Assembly: GCA_003162635.1 (NCBI GenBank)
Contig: PMNE01000065.1
Location: 50,398 to 114,397 of the forward strand
Direction: 5' to 3'
Source: Ignavibacteriota bacterium
GTDB lineage: Bacteria > Bacteroidota > Ignavibacteria > UBA10030 > UBA6906
DNA length: 64,000 bases
Under the pieces are notes generated by a model. It did not search any database. It was not told where the DNA came from and saw nothing but the letters and a program-made list of their open reading frames with translations. Of this stretch, positions 1 to 9,411 are shown piece by piece; positions within the stretch are counted from its first letter, which is position 1; the number at the start of each line of letters is the position of its first letter. The translations under genes and the position numbers were made by a program.

Positions 1-750
1 TCCCACGATGAGGCGTTTCAGGTACAGCTCGTCCGCAATGCGGAGGTACAAGTCGACGTCGAGCGCGTTATGGTGGGTAGTGAACGGCCGGGCGAACGCA
101 CCGCCATATTGGGGCTGGAGGACCGGGGTTTCCACTTCCAGGAATCCCTTTGCGTCAAAGATTCTTCGTATCGTCGAAACGATTTTCGCGCGTTTGCGGA
201 ACACATCACGCACGGCGGGGTTCACGACGAGGTCGACATAGCGCTGCCGGTAACGCAGTTCCTTATCCGAGAACGGGTCATAGACCGTTGTGTTTCCCTG
301 CTCGTCCTTCTTCTCCTTGGGAACGGGAAGGGGACGGAGGGATTTCGCGAGGAGAACGAGCGTACGGGCATGGACGGACACCTCGCCGGTCTTTGTCCGG
401 AAGACATACCCCTGGACGCCCACAATATCGCCGATATCCATCAGCCGGAAGGCATCATACATTCCACCGAGGTCGTCCTTCCGGAGATACACCTGGATCC
501 TCCCGTACGAGTCCTCGACATGGCAGAAAGACGCCTTCCCCATTCTTCGCAACGACATGATCCGGCCCGCGATCGCGACCTCGCGCGGCGGCGGGTCGTC
601 GGCAAACGATGCAACGATCTCGCGGGAAAAGTCATCGCGCCCGAACCCGTGAGGGTACGGGTCGATCCCGAGCGCACGCAGCTCTTCGAGCTCGGTCCTG
701 CGCCGCATCATCAGTTCGTTCAGTTCCTGGGCGTCCGATCGTTCTTCCAC
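1..750 (-). CDS. lysS: lysyl-tRNA synthetase, N-terminal portion (gene continues past window start)
   Basis: Absent from ORF track because it runs off the window edge. Manual minus-strand translation, codon-aligned opposite ORF 70..765(+), gives [36 protein letters not shown]...[33 protein letters not shown]...[45 protein letters not shown], a class II LysRS anticodon-binding plus catalytic core. Start placed at GTG 750 preceded by AAGGGAG; alternative ATG pair at 702/699. Confidence 0.8.
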   Translation of the reverse strand, partial: MEERSDAQELNELMMRRRTELEELRALGIDPYPHGFGRDDFSREIVASFADDPPPREVAIAGRIMSLRRMGKASFCHVEDSYGRIQVYLRKDDLGGMYDAFRLMDIGDIVGVQGYVFRTKTGEVSVHARTLVLLAKSLRPLPVPKEKKDEQGNTTVYDPFSDKELRYRQRYVDLVVNPAVRDVFRKRAKIVSTIRRIFDAKGFLEVETPVLQPQYGGAFARPFTTHHNALDVDLYLRIADELYLKRLIVG

Positions 751-915
751 GCGCTGCTCCCTTGATGAACACTCGGAGGGGAGAACCCTCCTCTCAAAAA
801 ACCAGAAGCAGGGACGCGGCCGCACGGCGAATCCTTCTCGCGCATTGCCTGGTCCCTGCACTCACAAAATACTGAGATCGCCGACGAGAAGCAAGACATG
901 GAGGAAGGGCCGGCG

Positions 916-3411
916 TCACGTCACCTTGAGGACAACCATCGTCATATCATCGTGCTGCGGACGGTCGCCCGCGAACTCGCGGACGTCGCGACACACATGT
1001 TCGATGATCTCCTTCGCCGTCTTCTGCCGGTGACGAGCGATCGACTCGGCGAGACGGGCTTCGCCGAATTCCTCCTCCCGGTCGTTCATTGCCTCCGTAA
1101 ATCCGTCCGTATAGAAGGCAAGAACCTCTCCCGGGTGCAGCGCGATGTCCTGCTCCTCGAGGACCGACTCAAACACCTTTCCCATCTCCAACCCGAGAGC
1201 CATCCCTCGCGGGGTCAGGAATGCGCCCTTTTCCCCCGCCATCTGCGTGAGGATCAGGGGGCATTGCCCCGCCCGCGCAAAGCGGATCGTCCGTTCCCGG
1301 AGATCGAGGATGGCGTAGAACATGCTGACGAACGAATTCCGATCGATTGTCCGGTACATCAGGTTGTTCACCTTCGTCAACACGGAGCGGGGGGAGACGC
1401 TGTCCTCCGCGTGCGACTGCAGAATACCCTTTGTCAAGGTCATATAGATCGCAGCGGGGACCCCCTTGCCCGAGACGTCGCCGACGGCGATGCCTAACTT
1501 CCTTCCCGCAAGATTGACAAAATCGTAGTAGTCTCCCCCCACCTCCTGCGCCGGAAGGCAAATGCCGGCAAGGTCGTAACCGTCAAGAATGGGGTCCGTT
1601 TTCGGCAGCAGGCTCATCTGGACGCTGCGCGCAATTTCCAGCTCCTTCGCCATCCGTTCCCGCTCCGTGATCCGCCGGATATGCGCCGGCATGGTCTCCG
1701 CCGTGAATTCAAACCGCTCGCGGCGCACGGCCCCGACAATGCCGATGCACAAAGGGGCAGCAAAGAGGAGGACGAACAGGATGCGCGCCGGCAGCATCGC
1801 ATCTCCCGCGGAGGAGAAGATGGGGATGCCGAAGCCGAGCACGCCGACGATGAAATTCGCGCCGATGGTCGTCACCAGATCGTACCGCAGGAACAACATG
1901 CTCATCACAAGGCCGAAGACAAAGAGGACCGGGATGGTGCGCCACGGTTCGAACGTGCCGAATGGCAGTTGCCAGATTGAAAGCGCCGCAAACGTCCACA
2001 ATGCAGTGGAAAACAAGACTCCCGGCAACGAGCGTCCCATCCGTTCCCTCAGGAAGGAGAGGAAGAAAAGACGAAATACGATCTCGGCAAAAACCGCCTG
2101 CCCGAACGCCACCATGATCGGCTGCAGCCCCTTGACGAAAGAGTCGGGTACGCCGCCGTTGTCTCCCACGAACACCGACGAATGCCCGAACCGGATCATG
2201 CCCCATGCGGTCAACGTCACGACGCCGCTGAGAATTCCCCCCCATGCATACCCGCGAAGGATGCTCACGCCGAGATCATGTGTGAAGAAGCGGCGCATCA
2301 GTACGCTGTCGGCCGCCTTCAGCTTCCATGGCCATAGACTGCGCGACGATGATTCCCCCACACTCCAGCCGGCAAAGACCATCGCTGCCAGGAACACCTG
2401 GAGAATGCAGACGTTGAGCACCGTCACCACAATCCTGGTGTTGAACGGATTCAGGTCGCCGATACCCCAGGTCGAGCCGATCGCCGGGAATTGGTTCAGC
2501 AGCGCCACGGCCGAGACAGCGAAGATGCCGATGAACACCATCATACCGGTGCGGGTCCCGACCTCCCCTTCATGATATTTCTTCAGGAAGAGGACGACCA
2601 TGAAAAGAAGGAGGAAGAAGATCACGGCGAACGACACCATGGCCAGCATCGTTCCCGACGTCGTTTCCTGGGTGAACCGCGCCGGGAAATCCCCCGTCGG
2701 CGTGTATTGCACGCGGAACCCGCCGACCTCCTCCCCCATGACGAGCACCCACACGGTCGTCTCCGCTCCTCCCTCCCCTTTCACCCAGACGAAGTTGTGG
2801 TCGGTCCTGTGAGCACGCCTGATGTCACTCGCATCCCTGATCTGGTAATCGGCGACGGATATGCCCTGGCGGTCCAGGAAGGCGCGGGCGAGCTTTTCCG
2901 CGGTCGCGCCGTCAAGAGAAGGAAGCGGAACGGAATCCAGGACAAGATGCTGGAAGCCGAGGACCTTTCCGCTCATGCTCAGCCACGCATAGAATTGATC
3001 CTTGTTCTGGCTCTTCGGCACGCTTCGATCGAACCACCAGAGGAACCAGTGATGGCCGGGGAGAGAGTCCGTGCGGAGAATGGCGTTGGCCCTTTCCATC
3101 CCCACCGTGTGTTGCAGGTAAATGTGGACCTCGGCGTTAAAGGACGACCACGCGTCAAGGTGGAGCGTATCAACACGATGGCCGAGTCCCGTGAGAAACG
3201 CCGTCCCGCGCTCCAGGATCTCGGTTCTGCCGGTTTCCACATTGATCGACGCCCTCGGATTCACCGCATCAGTCAGGGCGATCGTCACTACCAGACCGGC
3301 GACACCGAGGAGCAGCAGCAAGGCAAGTGCTCGAAAACCGTTTGTCATACCCTCCCCGTTGTGCGCGCGCATGGAAGCGTCCTTTCCTTCCTTGTCTGCA
3401 TGGGCCATCAC
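916..3411 (-). CDS. membrane sensor serine phosphatase, SpoIIE/PP2C family (periplasmic sensor + multi-TM + C-terminal PP2C)
   Basis: 831 aa. N-terminal signal/TM, ~200 aa extracytoplasmic region, ~8 predicted TM helices, C-terminal PP2C motifs (GDYYDF...GIAVGDVSGKGVPAAIYM...FYTDGFTEA...HDDMTMVVLKV). 4-nt overlap with upstream gene stop. Confidence 0.85.
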   Translation of the reverse strand: MMAHADKEGKDASMRAHNGEGMTNGFRALALLLLLGVAGLVVTIALTDAVNPRASINVETGRTEILERGTAFLTGLGHRVDTLHLDAWSSFNAEVHIYLQHTVGMERANAILRTDSLPGHHWFLWWFDRSVPKSQNKDQFYAWLSMSGKVLGFQHLVLDSVPLPSLDGATAEKLARAFLDRQGISVADYQIRDASDIRRAHRTDHNFVWVKGEGGAETTVWVLVMGEEVGGFRVQYTPTGDFPARFTQETTSGTMLAMVSFAVIFFLLLFMVVLFLKKYHEGEVGTRTGMMVFIGIFAVSAVALLNQFPAIGSTWGIGDLNPFNTRIVVTVLNVCILQVFLAAMVFAGWSVGESSSRSLWPWKLKAADSVLMRRFFTHDLGVSILRGYAWGGILSGVVTLTAWGMIRFGHSSVFVGDNGGVPDSFVKGLQPIMVAFGQAVFAEIVFRLFFLSFLRERMGRSLPGVLFSTALWTFAALSIWQLPFGTFEPWRTIPVLFVFGLVMSMLFLRYDLVTTIGANFIVGVLGFGIPIFSSAGDAMLPARILFVLLFAAPLCIGIVGAVRRERFEFTAETMPAHIRRITERERMAKELEIARSVQMSLLPKTDPILDGYDLAGICLPAQEVGGDYYDFVNLAGRKLGIAVGDVSGKGVPAAIYMTLTKGILQSHAEDSVSPRSVLTKVNNLMYRTIDRNSFVSMFYAILDLRERTIRFARAGQCPLILTQMAGEKGAFLTPRGMALGLEMGKVFESVLEEQDIALHPGEVLAFYTDGFTEAMNDREEEFGEARLAESIARHRQKTAKEIIEHVCRDVREFAGDRPQHDDMTMVVLKVT

Positions 3412-4700
3412 GTACCTTTTTTCCGACCACGGCGCTCCGCCGTCATCGCTTCAATCTGACGGGCAAACTCGGGGTGCCGAGTCACCACCGCCGCGAAAGC
3501 CGACTTGTCCAGCATGTACACGTCGCAATACTTCACCGCCCGGATCGTCGCATTCCGCGGCTTGTCGAACAGGAGGGCATTTTCCCCGAAGAAGTCGCCG
3601 TCACGCAAGAAAGCCACCGGCGTGGTTCCGTCGGGACCGAAGACCTCCAGCTCGCCCTTCCCGATGAAGTACATCTCCTGTCCGGGATCCCCCGCACGGA
3701 CGACGATGTCGCCGGGGGTGAAGATGACCGGCTGCATCTGCAAGGCGATCTCCCGCACGAGATCATCGCTCGCGGCGGCAAAGAGGGGCACTTTCTGGAC
3801 GATGTCCCTCTTCAGGAAGAGCGCCACATCCGTCCGCAATCCCTGGGGCAGCCCGTCGATAATGGATGATTCGTCGTACCCGAGCCGCTGTTCCCAGATG
3901 TAGGAGTAGTACTCGCGGATCCGATGCTGCAGTCCCGCGGGGATGCCCCGTTCATGCATGAAGGCACCGAGCTTCTCGAGATTCTCCAGATGGCGGGTAC
4001 GTGCCGGCTGGAGATGCGTAATGATCGTCGCCACGTTCGCAATGACGTAGCCGTACATCCCGACGCCGACGATCATCGCCGCCATAGAGTACAGGATCTC
4101 CGCGTTCGTCGTCGGCGTGACGTCGCCTGCGCCGATGGTGGTCAGTGTGGAAACACACCAATAGAGGGAGTGCAGATATCGCGTCCAGCCGTCTTCCCCC
4201 GCGGGAATGCCGCGCAAGGCGAGCCAGCCGGCGGCAAGCCAGTGAACGAAAAGGGAAAGCCAATAGACAAAGTACACGAGGCGGAGGGCGTTCCATCTGT
4301 TGAGATGCAGCCGGCGCCACAGGCTCATCCATCGTGCCACGCGAACAAGTTTCAGGCAGCGGAAAAATGCAAGGAACGACCACCCGAAGACGAGCTGCAG
4401 CGGGAGGAAGGCAACCACGTCGGCGGCAAGGAGCAGTTTCTCCGTCCGCGACCGCTTCTCCTCCGCCGCCGCCCGTCTGAAATTGATCACGCAGTCGATA
4501 AAAAAGACAACCATCGCCGCGTCATCGAGCGGGGCAAACGCCGGCATCGTTTGGGCACCGAGGACGATGCGCAGGGGAACCGCCACCGCCTCCGCTGTGG
4601 CAACCACCATGACCAGCGGCGGCCACATGCGCAGAAGCCGCGTCGGCTCGTGTTGCTGCGGTACGGGAAGGTCGAAACGAAACATCCGGGTATGTGCCAT
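3408..4700 (-). CDS. cyclic nucleotide-gated ion channel homologue (pore TTIGAGD + C-terminal cNMP-binding domain)
   Basis: ORF track extends to GTG 4820; ATG 4700 preferred (GAGGA 8 nt upstream). TM region with pore-like TTIGAGDVTPTT; C-terminal CAP/cNMP-binding motifs (GDIVVRAGDPGQEMYFIGKGELEV...FFGENALL...RNATIRA). Confidence 0.8.
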   Translation of the reverse strand: MAHTRMFRFDLPVPQQHEPTRLLRMWPPLVMVVATAEAVAVPLRIVLGAQTMPAFAPLDDAAMVVFFIDCVINFRRAAAEEKRSRTEKLLLAADVVAFLPLQLVFGWSFLAFFRCLKLVRVARWMSLWRRLHLNRWNALRLVYFVYWLSLFVHWLAAGWLALRGIPAGEDGWTRYLHSLYWCVSTLTTIGAGDVTPTTNAEILYSMAAMIVGVGMYGYVIANVATIITHLQPARTRHLENLEKLGAFMHERGIPAGLQHRIREYYSYIWEQRLGYDESSIIDGLPQGLRTDVALFLKRDIVQKVPLFAAASDDLVREIALQMQPVIFTPGDIVVRAGDPGQEMYFIGKGELEVFGPDGTTPVAFLRDGDFFGENALLFDKPRNATIRAVKYCDVYMLDKSAFAAVVTRHPEFARQIEAMTAERRGRKKGT

Positions 4701-4831
4701 ATTTCCGATCCTCAGACGACGTGGGAACACATCATCCCGGAACCGTGCGGACGCATGCAGGACATCTTCCCCGGGAGAGAGATTCCCTGCAAGTTCTGAC
4801 AGATGGCGCCGAGGCCTCACGCATGAACCGT

Positions 4832-5497
4832 TTACTCATCCTTCCCGATCCTGAGGTCGTCGGGGAGTTCGTCACGATCGTCCTCACGCCGGGCAACGCC
4901 ATGCTGGACGAGGAGGTCACCGCACTTGCCGATCGCCGTGATGAGTCCGCCCGCCGGCGTTCCCGATGTGATCCCCTGCACCACCAGTTGCACGACGTCG
5001 TGCCAGTCATCCTTGCCGACCTTTGCGTTGATGCCGGTATCGCCGACGACGAGCACGCGGCGTTCCATCAGACTGATGAACAGAAGAATGCCGGTACGGC
5101 CGCGCGTGCTGAATACCTCTTCCGCGATGAAGGCCTCCGCAGCCCGTTGTCTGACCCGAAAGTCCATCCGATGCTTTCCTGCCAACAGGCGCGTCACAAA
5201 CGGGACCCAGTGTACCACCAGCATGCCTATCGCCGCCGAAACAACAGAGAGAAGGCAGACCTCCAGCAGATCAACAGGATCCCAGGCGCGAGCCAGCCCC
5301 CCCTCCAGCGCTGCAACCGCGAAAGCAAGGATACCACAAAGGAACCCTCCGCGCCACTCCGCCTCTTCGTAGTGATCGCTCCGTTCCACGACGTACGGCA
5401 CGATCTCTCCGGAGGTGCGGGATTCCGCGGAGCGGACCGCTTCAAGGATTCTCATCCGGTCTTCGCTCGTGAACAGACGCGAGGTTTTCTCGTTCAT
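4832..5497 (-). CDS. TPM-domain membrane protein (putative)
   Basis: 221 aa. N-terminal SEDRMRILEAVRSAESRTSGEIVPYVV and C-terminal GRTGILLFISLMERRVLVVGDTGINAKV resemble the two halves of a TPM (PF04536-like) domain split by two TM helices. Assignment tentative. Confidence 0.45.
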   Translation of the reverse strand: MNEKTSRLFTSEDRMRILEAVRSAESRTSGEIVPYVVERSDHYEEAEWRGGFLCGILAFAVAALEGGLARAWDPVDLLEVCLLSVVSAAIGMLVVHWVPFVTRLLAGKHRMDFRVRQRAAEAFIAEEVFSTRGRTGILLFISLMERRVLVVGDTGINAKVGKDDWHDVVQLVVQGITSGTPAGGLITAIGKCGDLLVQHGVARREDDRDELPDDLRIGKDE

Positions 5498-5565
5498 TCA
5501 TGTCTCCTCTTCATTATCGCAATCTATGGAACAGTCCTCCAAGCCACAAGAGAAAATGGCGGAGG

Positions 5566-6105
5566 TCACCCCTTGACGTGCGCATAGCAGTAGCAGTCCA
5601 TGGGAACCCCGCCGAGGTTCGGGAACACCATCCAATGGCGGAGAGTCCCCTCCCGCTTCATCCCCGCCTTCTCCATGACGCGGGCCGAGGCGTGGTTTTC
5701 GACGGCGCATACCGCCCACACACGCCCCACGTCCTCCTCCGCATCGGCCCAGTGAAGGACGGCGGAGAGCGCTTCCGTCGCATACCCCTTGTTCCAGTGC
5801 GCCCGGCCGAGGACATAGCCGATATTGAGCATGTACCCATCCACACGCGCATCGATCATCCCGATCACCCTGCCACTGCCCTGGAGACATATCGCCCAGG
5901 AAAAAATCCTCCCCTCCTGCCAGTCGCACAGAGCCTTGCGGAGGTAGTCGGCTGCCTGACTGCTCTCTTCGTCGGTTTTCCACGTCAGGTATTTCGTCGC
6001 CTCGGGATCCCCGGCATATTCACGGAAGACGGCGTCCGCATCCTCTATGAGCGGCTTCCGGAGGAGGAGGCGGCCGGTGGCGATCTGCTCCGGCGGGTGC
6101 ATCAT
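5566..6105 (-). CDS. GNAT family N-acetyltransferase (RimJ/RimL-like)
   Basis: 179 aa; GNAT core motifs (IGMIDARVD...NIGYVLGRAHWNKGYATEA). Confidence 0.85.
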   Translation of the reverse strand: MMHPPEQIATGRLLLRKPLIEDADAVFREYAGDPEATKYLTWKTDEESSQAADYLRKALCDWQEGRIFSWAICLQGSGRVIGMIDARVDGYMLNIGYVLGRAHWNKGYATEALSAVLHWADAEEDVGRVWAVCAVENHASARVMEKAGMKREGTLRHWMVFPNLGGVPMDCYCYAHVKG

Positions 6106-6139
6106 CTCCGGCCGCCGGAACGTGTGACTTCGGCGCAGG

Positions 6140-6967
6140 TCATTCTGGAGAAAAGTCCCTCACGACGGTGCAGCGCGTGTACACAACGCGGAAGAATTGA
6201 CGCTCGACGTTTCGCTGCGAGGAGGATCCTGGCGACGTCAGGGTGTACGCAATGTCGCATCCCGCTTCGACGGCGTTCTGGAGGAGTGCGCTGATGATCG
6301 ACTTCTGCACGCCGCGCCGCCGGAACAGGGGGAGCGTGCTCGCCCCGTAGAACGCCGCTACCCCCTCGTGAACCGCAAGGGCTCCCCCACCTACCGGCTC
6401 ATCGCCGATCCATGCAAGCAGGCATGATGAATCGGGCCGGTGGAACAGACTCCGGAGGACCGGCAGGTTCTCGTCCGAAGAGGGAAGGTCTTCCGCAAAC
6501 CCGCGCGATACCGTACGCACCCACAGATCATCCTCCGCGCGGGTACATCGGCGGACGTTGACCGCCGGCTCTGCAATGGGGGCAAGGTTCACGCCCTTCA
6601 GCGGGCGCACGAGCATGTTGCTGAATTCCCTGAGGCGGTATCCCCGCGCCCCGAGAAGAGGGATCAGTGAGGGATCGGCATGAGGACAGAGTTCGATCTT
6701 CGTTGCGGAGCCGCGCACTTCAAAGAACGCTTGAAGCTGCTCCAGTTCGGGTCCCCCCACCGGACCCTTCATGCCAACGCCGATCGCCTGGGTGAGGGGC
6801 GAGCCGACGCCCGTGTAGACCGCATCCCCTCCGGCGATCGCCTCGGCAACCGCCCCCGAATCGGGATGGAGCTGCGCATGTATCTGCGCGGCGAGGATGC
6901 CTACCCATCCGTCCGTTGCTTCCAGACGGCGGGCCAGTTGGATGTCCGCAATGAAGGGGCTGCGCAT
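6140..6967 (-). CDS. GNAT family acetyltransferase (two-lobed)
   Basis: 275 aa; C-terminal acetyl-CoA-binding motif (LFRRRGVQKSIISALLQNAVEAGCD); adjacent to the other GNAT. Confidence 0.65.
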   Translation of the reverse strand: MRSPFIADIQLARRLEATDGWVGILAAQIHAQLHPDSGAVAEAIAGGDAVYTGVGSPLTQAIGVGMKGPVGGPELEQLQAFFEVRGSATKIELCPHADPSLIPLLGARGYRLREFSNMLVRPLKGVNLAPIAEPAVNVRRCTRAEDDLWVRTVSRGFAEDLPSSDENLPVLRSLFHRPDSSCLLAWIGDEPVGGGALAVHEGVAAFYGASTLPLFRRRGVQKSIISALLQNAVEAGCDIAYTLTSPGSSSQRNVERQFFRVVYTRCTVVRDFSPE

Positions 6968-6989
6968 GGGATGACGTGATGAAGTGGAT

Positions 6990-7811
6990 TCAGGATTGGC
7001 TCCGCCACTGTTCCTCCTCGGTATACCCGGCCATCCTCTTGAGCTCCCGCACTTCCGCTTTTGTCAGACTCCTGGTCGCTCCCCGGGAGAGGCCTTCCCG
7101 TGTGACAGGGCCGTAGGCGACGCGATCGAGTTTGAGGACCTCGTATCCCAACGACTCGAGCATACGCCGCACTTGTCTGTTCCGCCCCTCATGAATCGTC
7201 ACCCCGATCTCCTTCCCTTTGCTGCCGGGAATGACAACAACATTTGCCGGAGCGCTCTTGCCGTCGTGGAGGTCAACCCCTCTGCGAAGCGCATCAAGGG
7301 AACCCCGGGCCACCTGCTTCGCGCATGTCACCTTGTACGATTTTGGCACCCCGAACTTCGGATGCGTCAGCCGGTGTGCGAACTCCCCGTCGTTCGTGAA
7401 GAGGAGAACGCCGGTCGTATTCCGGTCCAACCGGCCGATCGGGTACACGCGCCGCTGCGACTTCACCAGACCCATGACCGTCGGGCGCCCTTTCTCGTCG
7501 CTCATGGTGGTGATCGCATCCTTCGGCTTGTTCAGAACGAGATAGAGATGTTCGATGACGGCAACGGCCCTCACGCCCTGCACGTACACCTTGTCGCGTT
7601 CAGGATCCACCCGTGTGGCAAGATCTGTTACCACCTCATGATTCACCTCGACTTTTCCCTGGACGACAAGTTCCTCCGCTTTCCGCCGCGAGGTAATGCC
7701 GCTCATGCTCAGGTAGCGATTAATGCGCACCAGGTGGGAATCCTGGGACGGGGGGGGCGCCTTCACCGGGCGTGCGCGGCGCTTGGATGGGGTCATAGTT
7801 GATGGCGTCAA
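6990..7811 (-). CDS. rluB: 23S rRNA pseudouridine synthase, RsuA/RluB family
   Basis: S4 domain (RINRYLSMSGITSRRKAEELV) plus catalytic GRLDRNTTGVLLFTNDG. TTG at 7811 or ATG at 7796. Confidence 0.85.
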   Translation of the reverse strand: MTPSTMTPSKRRARPVKAPPPSQDSHLVRINRYLSMSGITSRRKAEELVVQGKVEVNHEVVTDLATRVDPERDKVYVQGVRAVAVIEHLYLVLNKPKDAITTMSDEKGRPTVMGLVKSQRRVYPIGRLDRNTTGVLLFTNDGEFAHRLTHPKFGVPKSYKVTCAKQVARGSLDALRRGVDLHDGKSAPANVVVIPGSKGKEIGVTIHEGRNRQVRRMLESLGYEVLKLDRVAYGPVTREGLSRGATRSLTKAEVRELKRMAGYTEEEQWRSQS

Positions 7812-7834
7812 CGGAAGTGGCTTCGTGCCCCGGT

Positions 7835-7862
7835 AATATACACATTTTTGCCGATATGTGAA
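7835..7862 (-). promoter_or_regulatory. sigma70-like promoter (TTCACA-N16-TATATT) upstream of rluB
   Basis: Minus-strand reading of 7835..7862 gives TTCACA, 16-nt spacer, TATATT, about 25-40 nt upstream of the rluB start. Confidence 0.35.
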
Positions 7863-7931
7863 GGCGGGAGGAGCTGAGGGATGAAGGGGGGTGGCACCGG
7901 CGGAGGCGGATGTGGAGACAAGAGAGCGGGG

Positions 7932-8684
7932 CTATTCGGGATCGCGCGTAAGATCATCAAATGCAGCGGCTTCACCCGGCCCCTCCACGGGAGGATTGCC
8001 GGCCGCCGGTTCTGACTCTCCGGCCGTCCCCGCCTCTTCGCCATCGTCGATCCCGGCCTTCTTTGACTCGAGTTCTGCGAGCATGCGTTTTTCCACCTCA
8101 TACTCCGCCTCGGCCATGAGCTCGTCAATTTCCCGCGGCTTCGGCAGCTCCGACAGGTCGTTCAACCCGAAGTGCTTCAGGAATTCCCTGGTCGTGCCGT
8201 ACAGAAGAGGTCTCCCCGGCGTCGCCGCACGGCCCGCAATCGTTACCAGTCCTCTCTCCAGCAGTGTGTGGAGAACATAGTCCGCGTTTACACCCCGGAT
8301 CCCTTCGATCTCCGGCTTCGTCACCGGCTGTTTGTAGGCGATGACGGCAAGGGATTCGAGCGCGGAAACGGAGAGCTTCCTCTTCGACTTTTCCCTGACC
8401 ATCCGGCCGAGCCAGACGCCGAACTCCTGCCGGGTGGCAAACTGAAATCCTCCCGCCACTTTCACGATCTGGAACGAGCGGCCGGTCTCTTCATACGCCC
8501 TGTTCAGTTGGTCGATGACGGCCAACACCCCTTCCTGGCTGAGTGATCCAGGATCGTTCCCACCCCCCGGTGTGCCCGCTATTTCCACGAGCTGCTTCAG
8601 CGTGAGGGGTTCATCGGTGGCAAACAGGAGCGCTTCGAGAATCTCCTTCAGGTCCTCCTGCCCCTGTGGCGTCGTATCGCTCAT
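7932..8684 (-). CDS. scpB: segregation and condensation protein B
   Basis: 250 aa; ScpB winged-helix N-terminus (ILEALLFATDEPLTLKQLVEI); overlaps scpA stop by 4 nt. Confidence 0.9.
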   Translation of the reverse strand: MSDTTPQGQEDLKEILEALLFATDEPLTLKQLVEIAGTPGGGNDPGSLSQEGVLAVIDQLNRAYEETGRSFQIVKVAGGFQFATRQEFGVWLGRMVREKSKRKLSVSALESLAVIAYKQPVTKPEIEGIRGVNADYVLHTLLERGLVTIAGRAATPGRPLLYGTTREFLKHFGLNDLSELPKPREIDELMAEAEYEVEKRMLAELESKKAGIDDGEEAGTAGESEPAAGNPPVEGPGEAAAFDDLTRDPE

Positions 8685-9397
8685 GCTGCCGCCAGCGAAA
8701 TGCCGATGTCATCCTGGCCCGTCACCGCCGAAAGCCTGATAATCTTGTTCTTGGTCAGCTCGAGGATCGCAATGACCGTCACGACGATCCAGAGTTTCTC
8801 CGTCATGTGCCGCACGAGACCCAGCAACGTCGTGGAACCGTTGACCCGGAGGAAGTCGAGCACGTAGCTCATCTGTTCATCGACGGAGACATTCAGCAGG
8901 TTCACTTCGTGGATCACCCTGCGGGGGACATTATCCATCGCGCTCTTGAACGCAGAGATGAGGTTAAACATCGAGACCTCCTGCAGCAGGTCCGTGCCTT
9001 CCGCCTCCTCCTGCTCCCTCGGATCGGCCGCGAAGAATTTCCGGTAGTAGATCTTCCGCTGCTCCTCCTCGATGGAGGACATCTCCTGCGACACTTCTTT
9101 GAAGCGTTTGTATTCGATGAGTCGGCGGACGAGTTCGGCGCGGGGGTCTTCCTGTTCCTCTTCATGCTCCCCGCGGGGAAGGAGCATTCTGACCTTGATC
9201 TGCATGAGAGTGGCCGCCATGACGACAAAATCCCCCGCAACGTCAATATCGCATTGGGCCATCAGATGCAAATACTCAAGGAACTCCTGCGTGATCCGGG
9301 AGATGGGGATATCATAGATATTCAGCTCATCCCGCTTAATGAAGAAAAGGAGGAGATCCAGCGGCCCCTCAAACTCCGTCAGCTTGACCCTGTACAT
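8681..9397 (-). CDS. scpA: segregation and condensation protein A
   Basis: 238 aa; ScpA N-terminus (FEGPLDLLLFFIKRDELNIYDIPISRITQEFLEYL). Confidence 0.9.
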   Translation of the reverse strand: MYRVKLTEFEGPLDLLLFFIKRDELNIYDIPISRITQEFLEYLHLMAQCDIDVAGDFVVMAATLMQIKVRMLLPRGEHEEEQEDPRAELVRRLIEYKRFKEVSQEMSSIEEEQRKIYYRKFFAADPREQEEAEGTDLLQEVSMFNLISAFKSAMDNVPRRVIHEVNLLNVSVDEQMSYVLDFLRVNGSTTLLGLVRHMTEKLWIVVTVIAILELTKNKIIRLSAVTGQDDIGISLAAA

Positions 9398-9411
9398 GCA
9401 ACCCCCGCCTC

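Noticed and set aside
70-765. 231-aa plus-strand ORF at window start
   Set aside because: Exactly antisense, codon-aligned, to the lysS coding frame; composition typical of antisense shadow.
774-800. Hairpin GGAGGG-AGAA-CCCTCC followed by an A-run
   Set aside because: No U-tract after the stem on either strand, so not an intrinsic terminator; possibly just SD-like GGAGG sequence.
4701-4820. 40-aa N-terminal extension (GTG 4820) of the channel ORF
   Set aside because: ATG 4700 has a proper SD; extension is Arg-rich and not channel-like.
7808-8128. 106-aa minus-strand ORF spanning rluB-scpB gap
   Set aside because: Overlaps scpB C-terminus out of frame; Pro/Arg-rich, no support.
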